From Myxococcota bacterium (lineage in GTDB: Bacteria; Myxococcota_A; Bradymonadia; UBA7976; UBA1532), in NCBI GenBank assembly GCA_036337435.1, contig JAYZEG010000006.1, positions 1-64,000 of the forward strand: DNA of 64,000 nucleotides, written 5' to 3'. The notes under the pieces are model-generated. The model was not told where the DNA came from and did not search any database. It saw nothing but the letters and a program-made list of their open reading frames with translations. The stretch's first letter is position 1, and every line of letters starts with the position of its first letter. This document shows, piece by piece, positions 39,805 to 50,600 of this stretch. The translations under genes and the position numbers were made by a program.

Positions 39805-42800
39805 TCAGCTCCACGTTGAGAACATACCTCGCAAATCCTTCAGTTTTTTTTGGAGGCGGTAGACCTTCTCACTGCGCTTTAACCCTTGCCAAATGTTAAC
39901 CGCGAGTTCCAATGCGACGATGCCTCGTTCGCTTTGCCCTTGATGAATGGCCGCCTGGCCACTGTTCTCTAATTGGATGGCAATATCGATGTCCAAAATC
40001 CCAGTTCTGACGAGAGTTTGTTTGATGAAGTCGACGGTTGAGTCCCATTGAAACCAATCTTCTGAGTGAGTCAGATAAGCTAAAAGATTGGTTTTTGCTT
40101 TGGTTTCAAGAACCTGATGTCCTGCGTCTTGGCAGGTGGCGATGATCCGGTCGAGTAAAAGCTTTGCTTCAAGGAACCGGCGATTGCCTATGAGAAGAAA
40201 CGACAGGTCGAGTTCGACTCTGATGCTTTGTCTCGAACCGACCAGCTCGTATAATTCCAAGGCAGACCGATAGTGTTCTTCAGCTTCGATAACGTTGCCT
40301 TTAAAACGAGCAACATCACCCCGCAGATGGTCGGTCGCCGCGACACCCGCACGTGCGCCTGCTGCTTCGAAATCTGAGCGAGCCGCACTGGCCAGTTCGG
40401 ATGCACGCGCAAAATCTTCTTGTTGCCGAGCGACGTGTGCAAGCCCGATCAAACAGTAGGCGGATTGAACAACATCATTCAATGACAAGAACGCTTTTTC
40501 CGCTCGTGCAAATGCATCCTTCGCCCCCTGCAGATCGCCTGTTGCTGCTCGAGCTCGACCCAATTGTTGCTGGCTTCTGGCATAGAGATCCGCTTGTTCG
40601 AGACCTTGATATGCGTCCAGGGCCTCGGTCAGCATCTTGAGCGCGATTTCGTAATTACCGCTGTCGATCGCAATTCTCGCGCGGATAATAAGGCACTGGC
40701 ACACCAATCCGTTAAGACGCTCTTGGTTCGCCATCTTCACCAGGTTTCTTGCTTTGTTGTCAGCGACATCACGTTGCCCTTGCAATACAGCAACCTCGCA
40801 ACTGACGACGTCGGTCTCAAGCCAGGCAGGGCTGTGATTTGGTACACCCATTCTGCGTAAGGTGTCACGCCACTCAACGAGGGCTGTATTCGTGGTTCTA
40901 TGGTCGCCCAAACTCACCGCAAGAGAGACAGAGCGTCTTAAGGGCTCGAGTGAACCATGAAGGTCACCGGACCCTCGTAGGTGTCTCGGCAAGCGTGCAT
41001 CGGTTCGACCTTGGCTTCGCAGCAAGGCTACGCACGTTCGATGATGTTCTTCTAACCGCCCATTTTCAGCTGCATGACGTTCGACAGCCTCTCTGAGCAT
41101 TCCGTGAACGAATACAAACCCGATGTCGATATTTTCTTCGTCGATAGGTTGCAGCAAGTGGTCCCGAAACATATCATCAAGGAGGTCCGGCGACGGGGTC
41201 AGCCCGCTCAAGCGGCAGGCCGTCAGCCATTCTTCTCGGTCGATTTCTTGACCCAAGACGGCAGCCAGCTCAATGGCACTGACATCGTGGTCTGTGCGCC
41301 CTGTCATCGCCACTTGTATCCTAGCACCCCAGACTTCCGAGAGGTCCTGGGGCAGTTCGGTCGGGGCGCCAGGAGCCAACTCGAATCCGCCCTCGGTCGA
41401 GATGAGATAACCCTGATTGACCCAGTTTCGAACCAGGTGGATCGCAAACATAGGATTACCCGCTGTTCGCTTTTCGACCGCGTTTGCAAGAGATGGTTCG
41501 AAAGACAGAAGACTGGCGACGAATCGACTGTGGCCCGCTTCATCCAATGGTTCCACAGAGAATTCATCGACATTGTCGAGCTGTGCTAAATCGTCTAAAG
41601 CCATCGATTCGACGATTCGCTCGCTCAGGGCCTCATCTCGCACCGTGAGTATGATCAAGAAGGGCGAGCGTCGTCGCTCAAGTATCCATTGGACAAAGTC
41701 TAAGGATTCATAACCCCATTGGGCATCGTCGATCCATAAGATGACTGTTCGGTCGAGCGCGATCCGTTCGAGTTGCTTACCGAGGACGAGCCGCCGTTCG
41801 ACCACACTGAAAAAACGGATGGTATTTTCGGATGACGTCTCAGAATGCGGCGTCGGTTTCATCAACTCCGTGAGCGCATCGGCTTCATCGGTCGGTGCAC
41901 CCTGAGATACCATCAGTGCATTGAGTCTCTCTTTCGTTGCGCGCCTGTCCAATCCCGTACAACGCAGGTGTCTAGACAGCATGGGGACCAGGCCATCTGT
42001 CGATCCAGAATTCATCGCATGGTGTGCCTTGAGCACAGTCGCCGCACCAAACTCGTGTGCGCGTTCACAAAGCCAACTGGCGATTCGTGTTTTGCCAACC
42101 CCCGATGGCCCTCTCAGGACGACCGCTTGGGGTGTTGCGACGGTGTGCACTTGGCGAAGTGATTCCCATAAGGTGTCGCAGAGTGCTTCTCGTCCAATCA
42201 AAGGGGGATTTCTGAGTCCAAAGAGTTCCAAACCCACGTTCTTCATAGGGGGTTGTTCAAGTCGACGACCGGCTCGCCAATCGATTGGAATCGGTGCCCG
42301 AGTCGCCCTCAGGTGAGTCGTTGAGACCCCTTCATACGTCGGTTCGAGATCCTTTATGGCGTCACCTTCCAAGCTCGCGTCCGTATCGAACCCGCCGGTA
42401 ACGATGGTATCCTCACCACTTCTCAGCAGTGTATCCTGGCCGACGCTGCCGGGGTTTTCGCCCAGGGACACCATCGATTCTTCCGTATCGATAACGGCGA
42501 GACCTTTCAATGCCCACGCTGCGTCAGCGGCCCTCTGAAAGCGATTCCGAGGCGTTTTCTTCAAAAGGCGTCTGACCCAGCGTTCAAAGCCGGGAGGCGT
42601 CCTAAATCGAGGCCGCATGATGGGCGGTTCACGCTCAAGTTTAGCGAGCATTGTACCCATCGGGTGCTCTTCTTGAAATGGGGGGTGCCCGCACGCGAGT
42701 GCGAACGCGACGCAACCAACAGCATAAAGGTCGGTCCATGGACCAAAGTCACGCCATTGGCCATGGCATTGTTCAGGTGCCATGAATTCAGGGGTTCCTG

Positions 42801-43335
42801 CCGCACGCAACCGTTCCATGTCGATCCCGGAGTCATCGGTTGCAAATGCGATTCCAAAATCTGAAAGTTTGACGCGGCCGTCCAATCCGAGAAGCAAGTT
42901 GTTGGGCTTTAAATCTCGATGAACAACCCCCCTCGCGTGTGCGTGGGCCAACCCATCCAATAAGGCGACAAGCCAACTTTTTAACGTGTTCCAATCACCG
43001 AGTTGGCTGTGATGTGCCACATGGCCAGCGACATATTCCATCGCGATATATGGGGCGCCTGGCCCGAAATATCGTTCCGCGTCACTGCCAGCCTCCAGCA
43101 GTCCATACTCGTAAATTTGAACGATATTTGGATGGTCTAGCCGCGACATCGCACGCGCTTCATTGCGAAAGGTCTGCCTAAAACGGGGCCGCTGAGCCAT
43201 CCGGCCGGTCAAAACCTTGATGGCAACAGGCAAGTCGGACCCCGTGTGAATCCCATGCCACACCTGTCCCATTCCGCCTTCAGCGATCGCGTGGTCTAGA
43301 GCAAATGGTCCGATTTTGATTTGGTTGTCGCCCAT
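39805..43335 (-). CDS. Cytoplasmic Ser/Thr kinase-P-loop NTPase (STAND-like)-TPR protein
   Basis: Kinase GGMGQV, VAIK, HRDLKPNN, DFG, GTPEFMAPEQ; Walker A GPSGVGKT, Walker B WIDDAQW, GNP motif; C-terminal TPR-like helices. Confidence 0.92.
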   Translation of the reverse strand: MGDNQIKIGPFALDHAIAEGGMGQVWHGIHTGSDLPVAIKVLTGRMAQRPRFRQTFRNEARAMSRLDHPNIVQIYEYGLLEAGSDAERYFGPGAPYIAMEYVAGHVAHHSQLGDWNTLKSWLVALLDGLAHAHARGVVHRDLKPNNLLLGLDGRVKLSDFGIAFATDDSGIDMERLRAAGTPEFMAPEQCHGQWRDFGPWTDLYAVGCVAFALACGHPPFQEEHPMGTMLAKLEREPPIMRPRFRTPPGFERWVRRLLKKTPRNRFQRAADAAWALKGLAVIDTEESMVSLGENPGSVGQDTLLRSGEDTIVTGGFDTDASLEGDAIKDLEPTYEGVSTTHLRATRAPIPIDWRAGRRLEQPPMKNVGLELFGLRNPPLIGREALCDTLWESLRQVHTVATPQAVVLRGPSGVGKTRIASWLCERAHEFGAATVLKAHHAMNSGSTDGLVPMLSRHLRCTGLDRRATKERLNALMVSQGAPTDEADALTELMKPTPHSETSSENTIRFFSVVERRLVLGKQLERIALDRTVILWIDDAQWGYESLDFVQWILERRRSPFLIILTVRDEALSERIVESMALDDLAQLDNVDEFSVEPLDEAGHSRFVASLLSFEPSLANAVEKRTAGNPMFAIHLVRNWVNQGYLISTEGGFELAPGAPTELPQDLSEVWGARIQVAMTGRTDHDVSAIELAAVLGQEIDREEWLTACRLSGLTPSPDLLDDMFRDHLLQPIDEENIDIGFVFVHGMLREAVERHAAENGRLEEHHRTCVALLRSQGRTDARLPRHLRGSGDLHGSLEPLRRSVSLAVSLGDHRTTNTALVEWRDTLRRMGVPNHSPAWLETDVVSCEVAVLQGQRDVADNKARNLVKMANQERLNGLVCQCLIIRARIAIDSGNYEIALKMLTEALDAYQGLEQADLYARSQQQLGRARAATGDLQGAKDAFARAEKAFLSLNDVVQSAYCLIGLAHVARQQEDFARASELASAARSDFEAAGARAGVAATDHLRGDVARFKGNVIEAEEHYRSALELYELVGSRQSIRVELDLSFLLIGNRRFLEAKLLLDRIIATCQDAGHQVLETKAKTNLLAYLTHSEDWFQWDSTVDFIKQTLVRTGILDIDIAIQLENSGQAAIHQGQSERGIVALELAVNIWQGLKRSEKVYRLQKKLKDLRGMFSTWS

Positions 43336-43346
43336 CAAGTGCCCGA

Positions 43347-45503
43347 TTATTCGTTGACCCTCACGGGCGTGTTATCACGTTGCGCACGCAGTGTATTCAG
43401 CCGTTTTGTGTCAGTTTGGCCATTCTGGACCAGAACACCAGGGCGAGTGAATCCCACGTTACTAGCGCGCCAGATTTGTCGAACTCTGTCTGCAACTTTG
43501 GTTCGCTCAAGTTCTGTGGCTGTGTAATCGTAACCTAATTTGCTGAATGCAGGTAGAGATTGCAGTGCACGGCCTGCAATAAAGCGGACGGCAGAGTAGG
43601 GGTCATTTAAAAGATCGGCCAAGAACGGGGCCATCCAGCGGGTGCCGCTGGCACGCTGCGCAGGAGGCCAGCCAAAATGCCAAGCATAGGCTGCTCTTTG
43701 GACGGCATCCCCCTTGAGCAGACCGATCACGGCTGCAGATTCACTTGGCTCGATGCCGATGTGACCGGGTTCCGGTTGCCCGTACCAATCGTGCAGAGAC
43801 TCGGCTATTTCGTAGAGTGACTTATCCAAATGACAGAGAACGCACGCGTTGGGTCGACCGTGTTCGGACGTCATTTTGGCTGTTGGACTGTCGATTCGGT
43901 GGGCTCGGATGAGGCCCAGTAAGCCCACCGTTGTATGGGGCATATGGCAGTTATAGCAACGACTGGCCTCATGCCCTTGCGGATGGTGGGTGTGAGCCGC
44001 AATATCATCCTTGTATTTCGGATGGCAGTTTAAGCAGACCAGATCGGATTTCGCAGCCAATTTCAATTGGTCGTTTGGATCCGAGTCGTGCATTGAGTGG
44101 CAGGATGTACACGCCATTTCACCTTTTGTAAAACAGCCCGTAATCGCCATCCCATTGTAATCGCGGCCGGCAATTCTCATGGTCCCATCTTTCCAAAAAC
44201 CATCATGGAGTAAGTTGGGATTTCCTTTAAGTTCATCTGCGAGCCACTTTGGTGGTGCCTCCGGTAGATATTGCACCACGTGAAACTCTGATTCTATAGG
44301 CTGCCCGGGTCTGAAATGATTCGTCTCATTTTTCATCAGAAGCTCCGCATGGCACTGAGCGCAAACATGAGATGATGCCTGATTGTCGAGTTTAGACGGA
44401 TTGATGATGTCGTCTGGTGGCAATGAGTTTTGTTTGGCAAGATAGCGATTGATGGGGTTTTGGTTTGCGGCAATGTGGTTGCCTCCTGGTCCATGACACG
44501 CCTCGCAAGAGATTCCTAACTCGACGACTTCAGCGTCTCCGGTCGTTTTGTTGCCGACAAAACTGTAGCTGGGTTTCACACTGTGGCATTGGTCACATCC
44601 ATCGCTCCAATTATCGCCAAATGGCTCAGGTTCGTGGTCGAGATTAGGCGGTTGCAGGAACGTATGGTCTTCGTGGACCCATCTTTTTTGTTTGATCAAG
44701 TAGACGAACGGAAACTGATGCAGCCGACCCGTGTATTGAATCTGCGTCGCAAACTTCAATGCTTTTTTATAGTTTGGGCTCGACTTTCGGATTTGAGCGT
44801 GTTGGGCCAAATCGAGAGCGTTTTCTACGTCCTCGGGGGACAGCCGGTAATCCACTATGGATGGCGCGGCAGCCCCTAGGCCATCCTCGCCATGACAGCG
44901 CGAGCACATGTCGTTGAAAGCCTGTCGGTCCACTGGGTCTATCTCGTCGGCGAAGTCATCGACAGGAATCCAATAGGCTTGCATGTGGTGAGACCCTGTT
45001 GTCATGACCACAGGTCGTACACTCCGTGTATCTTCTGAGTCGCCCTCGGTTCCCATGGCGGGCATGTTGACGAAAAAGGCATCGCCTTTCTTGTGGACTT
45101 GATATGTGCGGCCAGAATCGCTCATCACCCGTCCATCGAATGGAGCGAGCACTGATTTTGTACTGGCGACCTGAGTCATGGTGCGATGATAGGATTTGTA
45201 CCAAGTCGCATAGGCCTTCGGATGGCATGACCGACATGCCTTCGAACCGACGTAATCAGGCTCGCTCGATTGGGTTGCGTCGAGAGGACGATATTTGGCC
45301 AATTGGGTGACCGTAGACGGTTTACGAAACCCGTCTCCCAGAAAGAATGCGGGAATCCCTAGACCGATTATCAGTAGCCTGGTGCGCATGCGCTCAGCCG
45401 TCAGCGATGCCGCGGCCAGAAGCAGTATGATCGTCAAGATTTCCAAGAGCACGACTCGAATTAGCGTTTCCCCGGGGCACAGTTTATCCACCTGCGCTTT
45501 CAA
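43347..45503 (-). CDS. Membrane-anchored multiheme c-type cytochrome (9 CxxCH) with C-terminal HEAT-like region
   Basis: CRSCH, CSRCH, CDQCH, CEACH, CAQCH, CTSCH, CLNCH, CYNCH and CVLCH; hydrophobic N-terminus; LLNDPYSAVRFIAGRAL. Start uncertain (45503, 45452 or 45389). Confidence 0.9.
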   Translation of the reverse strand: MKAQVDKLCPGETLIRVVLLEILTIILLLAAASLTAERMRTRLLIIGLGIPAFFLGDGFRKPSTVTQLAKYRPLDATQSSEPDYVGSKACRSCHPKAYATWYKSYHRTMTQVASTKSVLAPFDGRVMSDSGRTYQVHKKGDAFFVNMPAMGTEGDSEDTRSVRPVVMTTGSHHMQAYWIPVDDFADEIDPVDRQAFNDMCSRCHGEDGLGAAAPSIVDYRLSPEDVENALDLAQHAQIRKSSPNYKKALKFATQIQYTGRLHQFPFVYLIKQKRWVHEDHTFLQPPNLDHEPEPFGDNWSDGCDQCHSVKPSYSFVGNKTTGDAEVVELGISCEACHGPGGNHIAANQNPINRYLAKQNSLPPDDIINPSKLDNQASSHVCAQCHAELLMKNETNHFRPGQPIESEFHVVQYLPEAPPKWLADELKGNPNLLHDGFWKDGTMRIAGRDYNGMAITGCFTKGEMACTSCHSMHDSDPNDQLKLAAKSDLVCLNCHPKYKDDIAAHTHHPQGHEASRCYNCHMPHTTVGLLGLIRAHRIDSPTAKMTSEHGRPNACVLCHLDKSLYEIAESLHDWYGQPEPGHIGIEPSESAAVIGLLKGDAVQRAAYAWHFGWPPAQRASGTRWMAPFLADLLNDPYSAVRFIAGRALQSLPAFSKLGYDYTATELERTKVADRVRQIWRASNVGFTRPGVLVQNGQTDTKRLNTLRAQRDNTPVRVNE

Positions 45504-45587
45504 GTCAAAGCCAGAGGACTTGACGTGTGAGGACGGAACCGACTAAACCCGCCATTGCAACTTGGACAAGGCGAGGCTAAGGACGTC

Positions 45588-46502
45588 ATGGCAACAGAAC
45601 CTACAGACAATCCGTTGGAGGATGGCTCAGGCGGGGTTTTAGTTCGCGCGATCGGCGGTGCTCAGACTATCCGACTGATCGCAGCCGATACCAGCGGCAT
45701 GGTTGAAACACTGCGGACAACCCATGATTGTGGTCCCCTCGGTACGATGGCCATCGGGCGTGTTGCAAGCGCAGCCATTTTGCTCAGCGCGACCCTCAAG
45801 GACCGGCAACAGATTGGATTTCAAATCAATGGTGATGGACCGTTGCGAGAGGCGTATGCAATCGCCGATGCGGGCGGGCGTGTTCGGGCGACGATATCTT
45901 CACCGAGGGCCGAGCCGACAGGTGATGAACTCAAAGTGGGTTCGGGCTTTGGTCAGGGCCGCCTCTCCGTTACCCGGCAGCTCACTGATGAAGCTCCGTA
46001 TCGAGGTATCGTTCAACTGGTTACAGGTGAGGTTGCAGAGGACCTTGCTCATTATTTGCACACGAGTGAGCAAATCCCCAGCGCCGTTTCATTGGGTGAG
46101 ATTTTGGACTCGTCCGGTGTCGTGGCGGCCGGCGGTCTGCTGGTGCAAGCACTACCTGGTGCTGAAGATTCGGTGCTGGGCCCCCTGATTGAACGCATTG
46201 AAAGCTTGCCACCGATATCGGAATATTTTGCTGGGGGTGGAACGCCGACTGCCCTTGTGTCGGGCTTGATGGACGACGTCGAAATTCTCGAAAAGCGAGC
46301 TGTCAATTTCGTTTGCCCTTGCACGCGTGAGCAGTTCGCACGTCGGTTGTGTACAATCGGTGAAGACGAACTTCGAAAACTGACGGAATCCTTGGAAGAA
46401 ACGGTTGTTGAATGTCATTTTTGCCGAACGGAATACACATTTGACAAGGAACAAATTGGAGCACTTTTGTACGGCGCACGCATGTACGATGAGGCTGACT
46501 AA
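45588..46502 (+). CDS. hslO: Hsp33 redox-regulated chaperone
   Basis: GDGPL, AEDLAHYLHTSEQIPS, AAGGLLVQALPG, Zn site CPC...CHFC. Start moved to ATG 45588. Confidence 0.95.
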   Translation: MATEPTDNPLEDGSGGVLVRAIGGAQTIRLIAADTSGMVETLRTTHDCGPLGTMAIGRVASAAILLSATLKDRQQIGFQINGDGPLREAYAIADAGGRVRATISSPRAEPTGDELKVGSGFGQGRLSVTRQLTDEAPYRGIVQLVTGEVAEDLAHYLHTSEQIPSAVSLGEILDSSGVVAAGGLLVQALPGAEDSVLGPLIERIESLPPISEYFAGGGTPTALVSGLMDDVEILEKRAVNFVCPCTREQFARRLCTIGEDELRKLTESLEETVVECHFCRTEYTFDKEQIGALLYGARMYDEAD

Positions 46503-47278
46503 TGGGGCAGCCAGCTGGGGAATTTTCGATTTTCACCTCTGAGGGTCTCGAGTGCAAACTGACGTCAGGCGTTGCGACGATCCGCTGGCTTGTCGACCGA
46601 ATCACCTGGCAGGGCCTTAATGAATTTAGGCATATTTGTGGGCTGATCCACGAGGATGAACGCGTCCAGGTCGCCGTGCTGAAGAGCCGCGGTTCTGACT
46701 TCAGCCATGGTGTCGACCTCTCTGACAAAGAGTTGATTGCGGCCGTCGCTAAAGACGGTGGCAAAACAGTTGCTGAAGTCGGCGCAGACGCAGTCCAGGC
46801 CTGGGCCAATTTACCCTTCTGTACCATCGCAGCCCTAGACGGGTATGTGATCGGTGGTGGTGCTTGCCTCGCCATGGCATCGGATTTCCGCTGTGCCACG
46901 GCGTCTAGCACCCTGTGGTTTCCGGAAATCGACCGAGGCATGTATTTGTCATGGGGCATCATTCCAAGGCTCATTCACGAAGTTGGCTTACCGATGGCGC
47001 GTCGGTTGGCCATTTTGGGTGAGGCGATCCCATTGAGTGACTTGCCCGTTGATGTGTGTCGAATCACCGAGAACTTGGACCACACCATTCTCGCTCTCAC
47101 CCGGCAGCTGCTCACAAAGCCAAGGGGGGCTGTTGGCTTAATCAAACAATCTTTCCTCGATCATTGTCTTGCTGTCGATGATTTCGGAGACAAAGACATC
47201 GAGCGATTCATGCAGTCTATCGACTCTCAAGCATTCGCTGCGCTCATGAACGCATGGCTTGAAGATCGCAATCGGTAA
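46502..47278 (+). CDS. Crotonase (enoyl-CoA hydratase/isomerase) family protein
   Basis: FSHGVDL, TIAALDGYVIGGG..LA.ASDFR, FPEIDRG. Confidence 0.88.
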   Translation: MGQPAGEFSIFTSEGLECKLTSGVATIRWLVDRITWQGLNEFRHICGLIHEDERVQVAVLKSRGSDFSHGVDLSDKELIAAVAKDGGKTVAEVGADAVQAWANLPFCTIAALDGYVIGGGACLAMASDFRCATASSTLWFPEIDRGMYLSWGIIPRLIHEVGLPMARRLAILGEAIPLSDLPVDVCRITENLDHTILALTRQLLTKPRGAVGLIKQSFLDHCLAVDDFGDKDIERFMQSIDSQAFAALMNAWLEDRNR

Positions 47279-47279
47279 A

Positions 47280-47564
47280 TTAAGGATCGACATGCCCCAA
47301 TGGGCGGCCCGGTGCCAAGTGGTCGCGCACCAACCGTTTGACGAACTTCGCTTCGAGAAATCCATCGGTGGCCCGATCCATAATGAGCACGTCGCCAAGG
47401 CGAATTTGAAAAGTTCCTGTGTCACGTGACGGAATGAGCGCGACTTCGCTCAGGTCATCTGCGAAGGTTGTCAGCAGCTCTTGGGCATACCAGGCGGCCC
47501 GGGCCAGCCAGCGACATCCAGGGCAATAGCTGATCTCGATTCGTGTTTGTCTATCCTCGATCAT
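47280..47564 (-). CDS. Rdx (SelT/SelW/SelH)-family protein, Cys form
   Basis: YCPGCRWLARAAWYAQELLTTF...LVRD..PGR.LGHVD. Confidence 0.92.
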   Translation of the reverse strand: MIEDRQTRIEISYCPGCRWLARAAWYAQELLTTFADDLSEVALIPSRDTGTFQIRLGDVLIMDRATDGFLEAKFVKRLVRDHLAPGRPLGHVDP

Positions 47565-47680
47565 GACGGTTTTCCAAAAATTTAGGATCTCTGAATAAGA
47601 TTATGGAGTCAGTGGCCCTTCTTAACGTATACTATTTATGTTCGGGTTATAACTAGGAACGGATGTCCGGGGGAACATAG

Positions 47681-50600
47681 ATGAGGGCGAACATGTGGCG
47701 TGCTTTAACGCTACGGAATTGTTTTGTTTTTCTGTTAATGCTGGTCCTGTCGGGATGCGGTGGCGACAGCGGTGGTGGACAGGGTGGAACGCCCTCGGAG
47801 CCGGGAGCTGATGCGGGTACTGACGCAGCACTGATGGCCGATATGGACATGGTCGAGGCCGATCAGGGGCAAATCATCATGCGTTGTATCAACGATGAGA
47901 TGTGTCCAGAGGACCAGTATTGCCGCCTTGCTAACGACCGCACACAGAGCGTGTGCGCATTCGGTTGTCGTGAGGGCAACTGTGGAGCCGGCCAAATCTG
48001 CGAAGATGAACGACGGGTCTGCGTGCGAGATCCAAGTTGCGGGACTGATGATGATTGTTTTGGTGGCGAGTACTGTGACGACGGTACATGTGCGGACGGA
48101 TGCCGGGTCGGTAATGCAGACGATTGTCCGTATGATGAAATGGGACGTCCCCGAACGTGCGACCCAGCCACTCACACGTGTGAACTGCAAGTCGTTTGCT
48201 GCGATGCACTCGACCAATGTTCCCTAGAACTGCCAGATGATTGCGACAGTCCGCTGCTCGACGAACGCGGCTGTTTTAACCCCAATCCGTGCACGTTGCG
48301 ATGCATGGACGACTCCGACTGCGAGTCGGGTTTCTACTGTGGCGAAGGCAATCGCTGTGTCCAGGGGTGCCGAACGTCCGGCCAGTCTGGATGCCGGGAT
48401 GAGCGGATCTGCGATCCCGAGACTAGAGTGTGCGTCAGACCACCATGTGCCATTGATACCGACTGCGAGGACGACTTTTTCTGTGACGGCATCGTCTGTC
48501 TCCCTGGGTGTCGTCTCGAACCAGATAATTGCCGCCGGGGAGAGTATTGTGATGAACGTCGTCGATGCGTGTCTGATGATGTTCCTCGAGATTGTGCCGA
48601 TGACGCTGAGTGTCAAGACGCCAATGGACCAGGATGGTTCTGTGATGGTACGGATTGTCAGCCACCGTGTGGCGGTCACGATGATTGTCCAGCGGGTGAG
48701 GCGTGTATAGATGGCCGCTGTGCTGTTGGCTGTCGTGATGACGCTTGGGAGCCCAATGACGACCAAGCGCGTGCGCGAGTACTGAACTTCGAGGCAAACG
48801 AGTATCGTTCTGAGGGAACGCCCCTTTTCGCCTGCGGTCGGAATTCGGATTGGTTCACCTTTGAGACGCCCAACGAGGGGATGACCATCGACATCAACCT
48901 TCAGTTTGTGCACGCCATTGGCAACTTGGATATGCGCTTGTATGGACCCGATGGAATGCTGATTGAGACGGCAAATAGCCGCGACGATAATGAGTCGCTT
49001 CGGCTCGCGTCGTCAGCTGATAACGTGGTCCTCCAAGGGCGTTACTGGCTCGAGATTTACGGACGTGGTTTCGATGAGAATGACTACAGCTTTTCCGTGA
49101 CCTTACTCAGGGGGCTCGGGCCCGACGATGCAGAGCCAGACAATGATGCACAGTCGGGCACTAATTTGGCACTGCCCAACGTGCAACAGTCCGAGACCAT
49201 CAGCGATCGAACCATCCATCCAGGAGACCAAGATTGGTTCTCCGTTGAAATGGGACAGCGTGACGGAATCACCGTGCGCTTAGAGATGCTTGGCAATGAT
49301 GTAGGCCGTGATGCTGAACTTGAATTTGCCCTTTTCGGACCTGGATTGCCAGAGGCGGGTCAGGGGCCGATCGAAGCAGGTGTGACGGAGTCTGGCGACC
49401 CCTATGTCGAGTTTACCGCTCGCCAGTTTAACTTTCTGATCCAGGACGGTCGATACGACATCCGCGTTCGTGGCGTCAATGAAGACCAGGTCGGGCGCTA
49501 TCGACTTTTCGTCGGCGTCTCCCGGCAGAACATACTGTGTATCGATGATGTTGCCGAGCCGAACAATGTGGGAGAGGCTGCGTTTAATCTCATGGATCGT
49601 GATGGCTTTGTGTTCAACGGATTTGACGGGCAACGAGAATTAATTCCTGACCAAGACTTGAGACTCGCCAACCTGACTCTGTGTGATGATGATGACGATT
49701 GGTACCAGGTCACTCTTCGCGAGAATGATGATTTTGAGGCGCGATTAGAGCGCTTGGAAGAGAACCAACGGGGAGACACAGAGGTCAGTATCTACAATGC
49801 AAATGGCAACGAACTTGCCACTGGATTGAGCGGAGAGCGCAACAATGTCGCTCGGATTGAAGGTGCCGCTGCTGGAACCTATCGAGTTCGCCTGAGAAGC
49901 ATCGGCATGACTCGCACTGCTTACGATCTGGTTCTGTTCAGGACGGCCGGTCCAATCGTTTGTGGAGATGACCGCTATGATGCAGCCGGTGCCAATGATG
50001 AACAAGCGCAAGCATCTCCGATAGCGCTTGGAAGTCACCGAGATCTTTCTTTGTGTGGCGCGGATGGCGATGAGGACTGGTATCGATTTGTGGTCGCCGG
50101 TGAGGGTGTTTCGACCGTGACAGCAGAGCTGACTTTTGCTCACGCACAGGGTGACCTTGACCTCGATGTCTATGCCGAAGGTGAAGTCGAACCGCTCAAC
50201 GCTGGAATTCGAGCGGGCCATAGCGATACCGATGATGAGTTGGTTCGTCTGGAAAATCGTGGGCCTGGCACCTACTACTTGCGTGTTCGGTCAGTCGGGG
50301 CGTCTAATGTCCGTTATTCCATGAACATTAGCGTCGAAGCAGCTGAGTTGGTTTGTCAGGATGATCCAGATGAGCCGAATAATGCATTCGTTGGTGCGAC
50401 TGAATTGGGTAACGGTCTAGTCGATCGAGGCGAACAGTGGATTTGTGAGCGGCGGCCCGTTGATGATGACACCTTCTATTTTGTCATTCCGGCTGGTGCT
50501 GCAAGAACCGTTTCTACGACATTTTTGTTTGGTGACGACGGCGATTTATTTCTGCAACTCTTCAATGCGGACGAAATGGTTTTGGCGTCCACAGCAGATA

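Noticed and set aside
39805..43335. Kinase-NTPase-TPR gene as an Avs-type anti-phage system
   Set aside because: No nuclease, TIR or SIR2 effector and no defence-island context; this architecture is common among myxobacterial signalling kinases.
47280..47564. SelW-like gene as a selenoprotein
   Set aside because: The motif is CPGC with no in-frame TGA; it is the common Cys form.
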